Shown here: positions 32,021 to 40,591 of the stretch, piece by piece | Layout: each line of letters starts with the position of its first letter | How positions within the stretch are numbered: the stretch's first letter is position 1 | DNA from: an uncultured Acidobacteriota bacterium | GTDB lineage: Bacteria > Acidobacteriota > Thermoanaerobaculia > Gp7-AA8 | Assembly: GCA_963822445.1 (NCBI GenBank) | Contig: CAWGHO010000001.1 | Span: 864,001-928,000, forward strand | Reading direction: 5' to 3' | DNA length: 64,000 bases | Program-made: the position numbers and the translations under genes | Notes under the pieces: generated by a model | The model's input: only the letters and a program-made list of their open reading frames with translations | What the model was told of the DNA's origin: nothing | Databases searched by the model: none

Positions 32021-32638
32021 TCAGTTACCCCCGCCCGGCTTCGCGCCCTCTGCGGGTGCCGGAGTCTGATCTTTTTCTTCGACGTAGACGAACGTCTTGG
32101 CCACGAACGTCGATCCGATCGTGCGCAGCTCCTGATTCGGAGAAGCGTTCACGCGGATGTTCTCGACGTTCATGATGCGCGAGAAGTTGCCCAGCCGGTT
32201 GAAGAGAATCGCCAGGTCGTGGTAGCGGCCGTCCAGCGCGACTTCGATCGGCCACTCGACGTACGGATCGCTGGCGTTCGCTGTCTTGAGCTCCGGGAAG
32301 CTGAGGCGGCGCAGGCCGAAGTCGCCCTGATCGACGAGGGCCTTGACCTTCTTGATGATCTCTTCGGTGTTGCGCGTGGACGGCAGGATACGGCGCAGTT
32401 TCTCGAGCTCGAGCTGCAGGCGCTTCACTTCGTCGCGGAACTGCGGGAGCTTCCGCTCGGCAGCGCGGCCCTGCGAGATCTTCTTGTCCAGCTCTTCGAT
32501 CTTCGTATCCGCCTCGGCGATCTCCACTTTGATGTTCTTGACGAGCGTGTACTCCACGGCGGCGAGCGCAAGTCCGGCGATGAGAAGGCCGACCAGCAGC
32601 CCCACCCACCACGGTTTGTCGTCCAGAGTCAGCGCCAT
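32021..32638 (-). CDS. pilO: type IV pilus assembly protein PilO
   Basis: N-terminal TM plus coiled coil, ILPSTRN, YVEWPIEV..GRYHDLAILFNRLGNFSRIMNV. Confidence 0.9.
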   Translation of the reverse strand: MALTLDDKPWWVGLLVGLLIAGLALAAVEYTLVKNIKVEIAEADTKIEELDKKISQGRAAERKLPQFRDEVKRLQLELEKLRRILPSTRNTEEIIKKVKALVDQGDFGLRRLSFPELKTANASDPYVEWPIEVALDGRYHDLAILFNRLGNFSRIMNVENIRVNASPNQELRTIGSTFVAKTFVYVEEKDQTPAPAEGAKPGGGN

Positions 32639-32647
32639 CGAAATCTC

Positions 32648-33304
32648 CTACTGCGTTGCCGTTGCCGTTGTTGTCGTCGTTGCGGTGGAAGTAGCCGCGG
32701 GATCGGCAGGGGCTCCCTTCGCCGTGTACGTGAAGGCGAAGTTCATGTCGAACGAATAGACAGGCGGTGTCTGCGACACCTGCGTCAGCGCGCCGACCGT
32801 CGGCTCTTCGAAATAGGGATCGTTCTTCACGTTCTCGATGAAGAGGGCGATCGCATTCGGGTTGAGCCCGCGGCCGGCGATGCTCACCCGGCCGCTGTTG
32901 ATGGTCATGTTGTCGAGCCAGACCAGGTCGGGCAGGTCGCGGCTGATCTGGTCCATGATCCGGACCGGACCCTTCTGATTCTGTTTGAGCTGATTGATCA
33001 GGTCGATGCGGTTCTGAAGGCTGTCCTTGCGGCGCTGGTAGTCCTCGACCTCGGCGATGATCGACTCGAGCTTCTTCGCCTCGGCCTCGCGCAGCTCGAT
33101 CGTTTCGAGCCGCTCGTCGCGCTCCCGCTTCTGCCAGAACCAGTACCCCAACGCCGCGAGCAGGCCGATGATGGCCAGCGTCACGATGATGACGTTGTTC
33201 AGGTTGGCACCGCCCGAAACTGCCGGGACACCCGCTGCGGTCGCAGGAGCTGCTCCTGCACCACGGACCGCCCGCCCTTCACGCGCCAGATTGATCTTGA
33301 TCAA
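32648..33304 (-). CDS. pilN: type IV pilus assembly protein PilN
   Basis: MIKINL motif, TM, coiled coil, LPDLVWL. Confidence 0.9.
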   Translation of the reverse strand: MIKINLAREGRAVRGAGAAPATAAGVPAVSGGANLNNVIIVTLAIIGLLAALGYWFWQKRERDERLETIELREAEAKKLESIIAEVEDYQRRKDSLQNRIDLINQLKQNQKGPVRIMDQISRDLPDLVWLDNMTINSGRVSIAGRGLNPNAIALFIENVKNDPYFEEPTVGALTQVSQTPPVYSFDMNFAFTYTAKGAPADPAATSTATTTTTATATQ

Positions 33305-34359
33305 GCGTCCCCCAACTTCCGTATGGCAAGCCCGACGGCGATCGCCATGCTCGGCGCCATCTCAGCCAGTTCCTCGGGGTTGAATTGGCTCTCGTCGACG
33401 GTGATTTTTCGGAAGGGGTCCATGATCGCGACCGGAATGCCGAACTTGTCGCGAAGGATCGCGTCCAGGTTCAGCACGCCCGAGCCACCGCCGGCGAGAA
33501 CGATCTCGTCGACGCGGTCGGCACCAGACGTCGCTGTGAAGAAGTCGAGGGTCTTGCGAAGCTCGCCCGCGAAATCCTCGGAGACTGAGTTGAGGATCGG
33601 GATGACCTGCTGGATGGTGTAGTCGGCCACGGGCTTGCCGCGCTTGAGCTCCTCGGCCTGCTCGAAGGAGAGGCTGAGCTCGCGCTGGATGGCGTCGGTG
33701 TACTGATTGCCGCCGAAGGTGATGTCGCGCCAGAACATCGACGTGCCGCCGGAGAGGACGTTCACGTTCGTGACCGAGGCGCCGATGTTGACCAGGGCCA
33801 GGACCTTGCCGTCCTCGACGTCGTAGTTCACCTCGTACGCGTTCTGGAGGGCGAAGGCATCGACGTCGACCAGCACCGGCATCTTCCCCGTCTGGGTGAT
33901 GACCGAGGTGTAGTCGTTGATCTTTTCCTTCTTCACGGCGACCAGGATCACGTCGATGTTGTCGCCGGTTCCGGCGCCGGTCAGCGGGACGTAGTCCAGG
34001 TTTACGTCGTTGATATCAAAGGGGATGTACTGCTCAGCTTCCCACTGAATCGACTCGGCGAGCTCTTCCGGCGACATGGCCGGGAGAGTGATCTTCTTGA
34101 TGATGACCGAGTGACCGGACAGGGAGGTAGCGTAATTGGAATTCTTGACGGCTTGGTCCGTGTTCAGCCGCTGAATCGTATCGACCACCATGGACGAGTC
34201 CATGATGGATCCGTCGACGATGGCCTCGGGCGAGAGCCTTTCGGCACCCAGCTTTACGAGAGAGTACGCTCCGCCCTTCTTCTCCTTCAGCTCGACGAGT
34301 TTTATGGCTGAAGAGCCGATATCAAGGCCGACGACATTTTTGCTCTTTGAGAAGAACAC
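33301..34359 (-). CDS. pilM: type IV pilus assembly protein PilM
   Basis: VGLDIGSSAIKLVE, EAEQYIPF, VDVDAFAL, VNIGAS, FGGNQYT, AVGLAIR. Confidence 0.95.
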   Translation of the reverse strand: MFFSKSKNVVGLDIGSSAIKLVELKEKKGGAYSLVKLGAERLSPEAIVDGSIMDSSMVVDTIQRLNTDQAVKNSNYATSLSGHSVIIKKITLPAMSPEELAESIQWEAEQYIPFDINDVNLDYVPLTGAGTGDNIDVILVAVKKEKINDYTSVITQTGKMPVLVDVDAFALQNAYEVNYDVEDGKVLALVNIGASVTNVNVLSGGTSMFWRDITFGGNQYTDAIQRELSLSFEQAEELKRGKPVADYTIQQVIPILNSVSEDFAGELRKTLDFFTATSGADRVDEIVLAGGGSGVLNLDAILRDKFGIPVAIMDPFRKITVDESQFNPEELAEMAPSMAIAVGLAIRKLGDA

Positions 34360-34417
34360 CGCTCACCCCATCCATCTCACCACTTCTCACAGGCACCAGA
34401 TGTAGAAAGGTGCAGCG

Positions 34418-34446
34418 AAATTACAACGTTTAATTTCACGTGTCAA
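34418..34446 (-). promoter_or_regulatory. sigma70-type promoter of pilMNOPQ
   Basis: Minus strand TTGACA-17 nt-TAATTT. Confidence 0.7.
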
Positions 34447-34578
34447 CTCTACAGGATTTGGATAAGTGGCACGGCTACGCGTATTTGCGCGACGTTACGC
34501 GTCGCGATCGCTTGCGCCGATCACCCCGGATGTTTACAATTCACGCCTTTCGCGTTAGTCAGTTGAGGGAGTCAAACC

Positions 34579-34773
34579 ATGGCCAAGATGTGTGAAGTCT
34601 GCGGCAAGGCGCCTGTGTTCGGTAACCGGGTCAGCCATGCGCACAATGTTTCCAGCCGTCGCTGGATGCCGAACCTGCAGAAGGTTCGCGTCCTGATCGG
34701 CTCGTCCGTGAAACGGATGAACGTCTGCACCCGCTGCATCCGCACGGGCGCGATCAAGAAGGCGGCGCGTTAG
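34579..34773 (+). CDS. rpmB: 50S ribosomal protein L28 (Zn-binding type)
   Basis: MAKMCEVCGK..GNRVSHAH..RRWMPNLQ..VCTRCIR. Confidence 0.96.
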   Translation: MAKMCEVCGKAPVFGNRVSHAHNVSSRRWMPNLQKVRVLIGSSVKRMNVCTRCIRTGAIKKAAR

Positions 34774-34824
34774 TTCGCGCCGTCTTCACCACCCTTCCTA
34801 CCTCCACCGCACACCCCTACTTCC

Positions 34825-35015
34825 AGTTCATCCCGCGCGAAGACGCGGGATCTCTGCGTGCACCGGCAGTGCTCGGGCCGTGGGCGGTCGCTCGTGCACC
34901 GGGACTTAGTTCATCCCGCGCGCAGACACGGGATCTCCCCGTGCACTGGCAGCTCAGGAGCCGCGCTCTGTCGCTCGTGCATCGGGAGATCCCGCGTCTG
35001 CGCGCGGGATAAACT
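34825..35015. repeat. cluster of 29-bp palindromic repeats (two direct, one inverted)
   Basis: AGTTCATCCCGCGCGMAGACRCGGGATCT at 34825 and 34908; inverted copy 34987-35015; same unit at 47222/47327. Confidence 0.88.
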
Positions 35016-35880
35016 TCAGGACCTCCCGCGCACACCCCCAGGAAACGGTAAAGCCGGCTCCGCCGTGGCCGTAGTTGTGGACGATCGTCCGCCCCTCGAA
35101 GGCGGCGAGCTCGAGCCGCACGGCGTGCCGCACCGGCCGGATTCCCCGGCGCACCGCGCGGACTTTCCCTGAGATCTCCGGCACGGCCGCGCGGCATCGG
35201 GCGAGGATCGCCGCGACTTCCGATTCTGGTGGCGCGACGGGCCGGTCGTAGCCGCCGAGGATGCAGTCGTCGGTTCGGGGGATGACGTACATCAGCGACT
35301 CCGGATCACGCGCCGCGGCGATGGCCCGGTCGATCGGCGGTCGCGCCGTGACGAGGGAGATGCCGTAGCCGGGATGCAGCTCCTCGTCGCCGAAAAGATC
35401 CCGAGCGCCGAAGCCGGTGCAGTTCACGATCAGGTCGCCGTCGAGGCCGGCGATGTCCTGCTGACCGACTTCGCGGATCTCAACCCTCCCTCCCGCCCGC
35501 TCGAATCGCGACCGAAGGTACGGCAGGTACCGCGAAGTGTCGGCCAGCGGAACGCGGGCGCGAAACCCGCCCTCGATCGGACGGCACTCGCCGGCGATGC
35601 ACCGCGGAGGATCTTCGTCGAAGACGTCGAAGTCGATCAGGGACACGCCGGTGCCGGGTTGCTTCGCGAGGCCGGTGAGCACGTCGCGCGTCTCGAGCGC
35701 CCACGCATCCACGTGCTCGGATGCGACGTGATACGGCAACCAGATCGCCGCCGCGGCATGGGAGGTCGTATCCGTGACTTCGGCGGCCAAGATCGTGACC
35801 TCGTGACCCGCTTCGGCGAGGACGATGCCGCTCGTCAGCCCGGAAACGCCGGCGCCGAGGACGGTGATGCGCTCAGGCAC
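34954..35880 (-). CDS. FAD-dependent oxidoreductase, D-amino acid oxidase family
   Basis: VLGAGVSGLT, TSHAAAAIW, IVNCTGFGA, YVIPR, GIRPVR, HNYGHGGAGFTVSWGCA. Confidence 0.9.
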   Translation of the reverse strand: MPERITVLGAGVSGLTSGIVLAEAGHEVTILAAEVTDTTSHAAAAIWLPYHVASEHVDAWALETRDVLTGLAKQPGTGVSLIDFDVFDEDPPRCIAGECRPIEGGFRARVPLADTSRYLPYLRSRFERAGGRVEIREVGQQDIAGLDGDLIVNCTGFGARDLFGDEELHPGYGISLVTARPPIDRAIAAARDPESLMYVIPRTDDCILGGYDRPVAPPESEVAAILARCRAAVPEISGKVRAVRRGIRPVRHAVRLELAAFEGRTIVHNYGHGGAGFTVSWGCAREVLKFIPRADAGSPDARATERGS

Positions 35881-36256
35881 GGCGCGGCCGCAGCGACCGC
35901 GCGACCAACCCGATCCCGCCGGTCAGCAGCACGAGCATCAGGATCGTGTTGAACAGGCTCGTCGGGCGGAAGTAGATGTCGAGGTGCATGAGGATCCCGA
36001 CGAAGACGATCACCGCACCGGCAATGGTCAGCACCCAGCCGATGACCGAGCTCCCATCGAAGAAGAGAAAGCCGATGCCGATGATCAGCGGGAGGAGCGT
36101 GAGACCGAAGGCGTTGTAGCCCCAGAGATGCCAGAAGCCGCTGGTGACCGTCACCTGAGTGGTGAGCAGGTACCCGCCGGCGATGGCCATGACGAAACCG
36201 GCCAGGAATGTCCCCACCCCGCCTTCGGTGCCGCCTGCTCCCTGGAAGTTGCTCAT
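35873..36256 (-). CDS. four-TM membrane protein
   Basis: MSNFQGAGGTEGG..., hydrophobic segments; ATGA overlap with rel stop. Confidence 0.8.
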   Translation of the reverse strand: MSNFQGAGGTEGGVGTFLAGFVMAIAGGYLLTTQVTVTSGFWHLWGYNAFGLTLLPLIIGIGFLFFDGSSVIGWVLTIAGAVIVFVGILMHLDIYFRPTSLFNTILMLVLLTGGIGLVARSLRPRRA

Positions 36257-38418
36257 GCGGTCGCGTGCCTGATGTTGTACTTCCGGTCGACCTTGATCAC
36301 GCCTTCGAGCCCGGCGAGAGAGCGCGTCACGCGCTCGAGGTGCTTGAGATCGGCGATCTCCAGCACCAGTTCGACGGTGGCCCGGCCGTCGCTGCTGCGG
36401 GTCTCCATCTGCCGGATGTTCGTCTTCATGTTCGAGATCGTGGAGATGACCCGGGCCAGAATGCCCTGGCGGTCTTCCATGAGGATCTCCAGCTCGACGG
36501 AGAACTGCGCCTGCCGCTCCCCGGCCCACTCCACGCCGATCTGCCGGTCGTCGTTGAACATGAGGTTCTTCACGTTCGGACAGTTCGCGCTGTGCACGGC
36601 CACCCCTTTGCCGCGGGTGACGTAACCGACGATCGGCTCGCCCGGCAGCGGCGTGCAGCACTTGGCGAGGTACGTGAGCAGGTCGTCGTAGCCTTTGACT
36701 TTGATCGTCGCCGCGGATGAGGAAAACGGAAAGATCTTCCGAACGGCCTGCTCGATGACTCCCGGCTGCGCCGGCGCGGCCCCCTCGGTGACGAAGCGCT
36801 CCACGATCGACCGCGCGGCGATCTTGCCGTAGCCGACGTCCGCGTAAAGATCGTCGAGACGCGGCAACCCATGCTCGGAGAGCACGCCGTCGAGCGCGTT
36901 CTCGGCGACCAGCTTCCGCCACTGCACCTTGTACTTCTTGGCCTCCCGCTCGATCAGCTTCCGTCCCAGCTCGATCGAACGGTGTTTCTGCTCGATGTTC
37001 AGCCAGTGCCGGATCTTGTGCTTCGCGCGCGAGGTCACGACCATGTTCAGCCACTCGCGGCTGGGCGTCTGGTTCGTGCCGGTCATGATCTCGACGATGT
37101 CGCCGTTCTTGAGCGCCGTGCGCAGCGGCACGAGCTTCCCGTTCACGCGCGCGCCGATGCAGTGATGACCGACGTCGGTGTGGATGCGATACGCGAAGTC
37201 GAGCGGTGACGCGCCGCGAGGAAACGCGAAGACGTCGCCTTTCGGCGTGAAGGTGTAGACCTCATCGGGGTAGAGATCGACCTTCAGCGTGTCCAGGAAG
37301 ACGCGCGGGTCCTTGATCTCGTGCTGCCACTCCACGACCTGCCGCAGCCAGAGGAAGCTCGCGTCATCGGCCTGCGCCCCGACCCGCCCTTCCTTGTACT
37401 TCCAGTGCGCGGCGATGCCCTGCTCGGCGATCAGATCCATCTCCCGCGTCCGGATCTGCACTTCGAACGGCTGGCCTTTCTCGGCGACCACGGTCGTGTG
37501 CAGGGACTGGTAGAAGTTCGGCTTGGGCATGGCGATGTAGTCCTTGATCCGGCCGGGAACCGGTCGCCACATCTGATGAATGATGCCGAGGGCCGCGTAC
37601 GTGTCTTTGATGGTGGGGGTGATGATGCGGAAGGCCAGGTAGTCGTAGAGCTGGCCGATGTCGATGTCCTGGCGGCGCAGCTTCCCCCAGATCGAGTACA
37701 TCGACTTCACCCGGCCGTACACGTCCCCTTCGATGTCGTTCTCTTTCAGCTTCTGGTCGAGCGTTTCCTTGATGCGCTCGACGACCGCGCCGGACACCGC
37801 CATCTTCTCGTTGACCGCTTTCTGCAGTTCCTCGTGCTCGCGCGCGTGAAGAAAGCGGAAGGAGAGATCCTCGAGCTCGGACTTGATCTGCCCCATGCCC
37901 AGGCGGTTGGCGATGGGCGCGTAGATCTCCATCGTCTCTTTCGCCACAGCCAGCCGCTTCTCCTCGGGGAGAAACTGCAAAGTACGCATGTTGTGCAGCC
38001 GGTCCGCGAGCTTGACCAGCACCACCCGCAGGTCGGAGACCATGGCCAGGAGCATCTTGCGGAAGGTCTCGGCCTGCTGCTCTTCCTTCGAGACGTACGC
38101 GTACCGCGAGATCTTCGTGACGCCGTCGACGAGTTCCGCGACCGAGTCGCCGAAGATCTCCTGCAGGGTCTCTTTGGTGGTGAGCGTGTCCTCGAGCACG
38201 TCGTGCAGCAGCCCGACGGCGATGGAGGTTTCGTCGAGCCGCATGTCCGCCAGGATGTAGGCGACGTTGATCGGATGAACGAGGTAGGGCTCCCCCGAGG
38301 ACCGGATCTGCCCACGATGCTCGCGCGCCGAGAAGATGTACGCCTTCTGCAGCAACTCCTCATCGAATCCCGGTTTGTAGGATTCGACTTTGTCGAGGAT
38401 GTCTTCGAAGCGGATCAT
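36253..38418 (-). CDS. rel: bifunctional (p)ppGpp synthetase/hydrolase (RelA/SpoT homolog)
   Basis: RSSGEPYLVHP, LLHDVLED, KLADRLHNMRT, YQSLHT, EVQIRT, TGS (FTPKG), AKCCTPLPG, ACT domain. Confidence 0.96.
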   Translation of the reverse strand: MIRFEDILDKVESYKPGFDEELLQKAYIFSAREHRGQIRSSGEPYLVHPINVAYILADMRLDETSIAVGLLHDVLEDTLTTKETLQEIFGDSVAELVDGVTKISRYAYVSKEEQQAETFRKMLLAMVSDLRVVLVKLADRLHNMRTLQFLPEEKRLAVAKETMEIYAPIANRLGMGQIKSELEDLSFRFLHAREHEELQKAVNEKMAVSGAVVERIKETLDQKLKENDIEGDVYGRVKSMYSIWGKLRRQDIDIGQLYDYLAFRIITPTIKDTYAALGIIHQMWRPVPGRIKDYIAMPKPNFYQSLHTTVVAEKGQPFEVQIRTREMDLIAEQGIAAHWKYKEGRVGAQADDASFLWLRQVVEWQHEIKDPRVFLDTLKVDLYPDEVYTFTPKGDVFAFPRGASPLDFAYRIHTDVGHHCIGARVNGKLVPLRTALKNGDIVEIMTGTNQTPSREWLNMVVTSRAKHKIRHWLNIEQKHRSIELGRKLIEREAKKYKVQWRKLVAENALDGVLSEHGLPRLDDLYADVGYGKIAARSIVERFVTEGAAPAQPGVIEQAVRKIFPFSSSAATIKVKGYDDLLTYLAKCCTPLPGEPIVGYVTRGKGVAVHSANCPNVKNLMFNDDRQIGVEWAGERQAQFSVELEILMEDRQGILARVISTISNMKTNIRQMETRSSDGRATVELVLEIADLKHLERVTRSLAGLEGVIKVDRKYNIRHATA

Positions 38419-38445
38419 CGGAACACGTGAGTATAACTAGACGAT

Positions 38446-38516
38446 GGTTGCCGGGTTGCTGGCGCTGAGTCGCTGGGTCCCCCCGGCAACCCAGCAACCC
38501 AGCAACCCAGCAACCC
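38446..38516. repeat. inverted octamer tandem-repeat hairpin
   Basis: GGTTGCCG GGTTGCTG GCGCTG AGTCGCTG ... CGGCAACC (CAGCAACC)x3. Confidence 0.8.
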
Positions 38517-38539
38517 GGGTGGTGGAAGGACGAGGGTAT

Positions 38540-40573
38540 CTACTTCATAGCCTCCTGAAGCTGCTCGACGTGGCGGCGATCGATGATGACGCCGCTCGCC
38601 GGAGGGAGCACGCCGGCGTAGGCGAACGTCGGCCGCCCGAGGACAGGAAGCGCCTCGTTCAGGGCGTCGACGATCTCCGTGAAATACGACGCCAGAATGA
38701 CGCCGGTGGCGGCGGGGTAGCTCGAGTCCGGCTCCGTGTTGATGGCAAACTTCCGCCAGGCGTCAGCGGCCTGCTGCAATTCGCCGACGTAGATTCCGGC
38801 GATGTACGGCTGAGTGCCGCTCGCCGGGATCGCCGTAAACGGCCGCGTGACGGCGTAGTCGTACGCGCCCGCGGAGAGCGCCGATCCGTTCTTCGTGACG
38901 ATCTCGTACCGGTAGAGCGTTCCGGCGGCGGGTGCCGCGTGGTCGAAGCTCGTCTCCGTCACCGCGAGGTCGTCCTTGGCAATCGTCCACGAACCATCCT
39001 TCTGGGTCTGGAATCGGATCAGGTACTTCGTGCCCGCCGGCATTGAAGGTGGCGCGATCCAGCTCAGGTGGACCGTGGAGAGACTCGTGCCGGTGGCAAC
39101 AAATCCGGTCGGCGGACCAAGCGGTTGCATCTGATTCATGGCGTGGTCGACCCTGAGGCGCGGCTTCGTCACGTTACCTCCGTCGCGGCTGTCGGTGACC
39201 GGATAGGGAGACGCGATGAGCGCGCTTCGGATGTCCGCGATCGACGCCAACGGCGTCTTCTCGCGCAGAAGTGCGATTGCGCCGGCCACGTGAGGTGCTG
39301 CCATCGAGGTGCCGTAATCGTCGCCATACAAGGCGCAGGTCGGACACCCTCGATTCAACGACGTTTCGATTCCGTTGCCCGATCCGGACGCGCCGCCCGG
39401 CGCGAACAGATCCATGAAATCAGCGACGTTCGCGTAATCGGGCACCGCATACGAGTCGGTCACTGCCGATACGGCGATGACGTCAGCGAAGCAGGCTGGC
39501 GCGGTCATGTGTGTCCGTGACTCGTTGTTCCCTGTTGCAGCGACGACTGGGATGTCTTTGGACACCACATTGGCCACGGCGTTACGGAACATTTGCACGC
39601 CGCTATCGCACCCCGCCCTCGACGGCCACAGGCCGAAGCCGACGCTGAGATTGACCGCGGCGATGCTTCGGCCGTGAGCCGCCCAGAGGCGCGACGCAAC
39701 GTCGTCGAGCGCATTGATCACGCTCGACTTGAGCACCGAGGTGTCACAGATCGTCGGGCCGCACTTCTTGCTCGCGACCTGGATCGGAATGATGTTCGCC
39801 GCCGGAGCGACCCCGGTAACCCCGGTCCTGCTTCCGGCCACGACTCCGGCAACGCGCGTTCCGTGATTGCAGGGGTTTCTCGGATCGGTCATGTCGCCGA
39901 AAGTGCAGGGCGCGCCCGCTCCGGGAGCGACTTCCCGCTGGGTGCCGTTCGGGCAGACCGACGTGTAGGTGCCGGTGAGATCGTTGATTCCTGAGACCTT
40001 GTCTCCCGAGAAGCAGGCCCCCTCGTCGGACAGAACGCGGCTCGGAGAGCCGAAGAAAGGATGGCCGTGATCGACGCCGCCATCGATGACCACCACGATC
40101 TGCCCACTCCCCCTGTAGCCGACCGGTTGGCCGTCATGCACCGCGTTCGCGCCGATGGCCCCGACCGACACCCCGAGCGTGAATTCGCCTTCGACGTCTT
40201 CCTCGACGCTCTCGATCCGCTCGTCGTCGAGGAGCTGCCGGAGCGCGGCCTCATTCACTTCCGCCACGAATCCTGGCAGGGTCACGAACTGCCACCCCGG
40301 CACCGCACGCATCTTCGGATGCGCGCGGATCACAGCATCGACTTTGGCCTTGCCGCGGTTTCGCTGCACGGCCACGTCGTGCGCGCGCAGCTTTCCTTCG
40401 GGCTGCCACGCGTCGTCGCGAACGCCGACGATCACGCGCACCGACTTCTCCTTCTTGGCCACCTCGATCAGGCGGGCCGCAGGAGTTCCCTTCAGCGGCG
40501 TGTCACGCGCGAACAGCGGAAGGGTCAATGCACAAATACATGAAAGGAGGAGGAACGACCGAGCGAGTCGCAT
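38540..40573 (-). CDS. secreted subtilisin-like (S8) serine protease with FN3 and C-terminal triple-repeat domain
   Basis: Signal peptide, prodomain, VVIDGG (Asp), HGTRVAG (His), AATGN, GTSMAAPHVAG (Ser), PPTGFVATGTS..LSW FN3. Confidence 0.92.
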   Translation of the reverse strand: MRLARSFLLLSCICALTLPLFARDTPLKGTPAARLIEVAKKEKSVRVIVGVRDDAWQPEGKLRAHDVAVQRNRGKAKVDAVIRAHPKMRAVPGWQFVTLPGFVAEVNEAALRQLLDDERIESVEEDVEGEFTLGVSVGAIGANAVHDGQPVGYRGSGQIVVVIDGGVDHGHPFFGSPSRVLSDEGACFSGDKVSGINDLTGTYTSVCPNGTQREVAPGAGAPCTFGDMTDPRNPCNHGTRVAGVVAGSRTGVTGVAPAANIIPIQVASKKCGPTICDTSVLKSSVINALDDVASRLWAAHGRSIAAVNLSVGFGLWPSRAGCDSGVQMFRNAVANVVSKDIPVVAATGNNESRTHMTAPACFADVIAVSAVTDSYAVPDYANVADFMDLFAPGGASGSGNGIETSLNRGCPTCALYGDDYGTSMAAPHVAGAIALLREKTPLASIADIRSALIASPYPVTDSRDGGNVTKPRLRVDHAMNQMQPLGPPTGFVATGTSLSTVHLSWIAPPSMPAGTKYLIRFQTQKDGSWTIAKDDLAVTETSFDHAAPAAGTLYRYEIVTKNGSALSAGAYDYAVTRPFTAIPASGTQPYIAGIYVGELQQAADAWRKFAINTEPDSSYPAATGVILASYFTEIVDALNEALPVLGRPTFAYAGVLPPASGVIIDRRHVEQLQEAMK

Positions 40574-40591
40574 GGCGGCTGTCCCTCTTTC

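Noticed and set aside
34466-34481. Sigma54 promoter (TGGCACGGCTACGCG) before rpmB
   Set aside because: GG-to-GC spacing is 9 rather than 10 nt, and a TACAAT -10 nearer rpmB explains its transcription.
34825-35015. CRISPR array
   Set aside because: Only two direct copies plus an inverted one; the intervening sequences are 50-54 nt and similar to each other; no cas genes; the same unit occurs as an inverted pair at 47222-47327.
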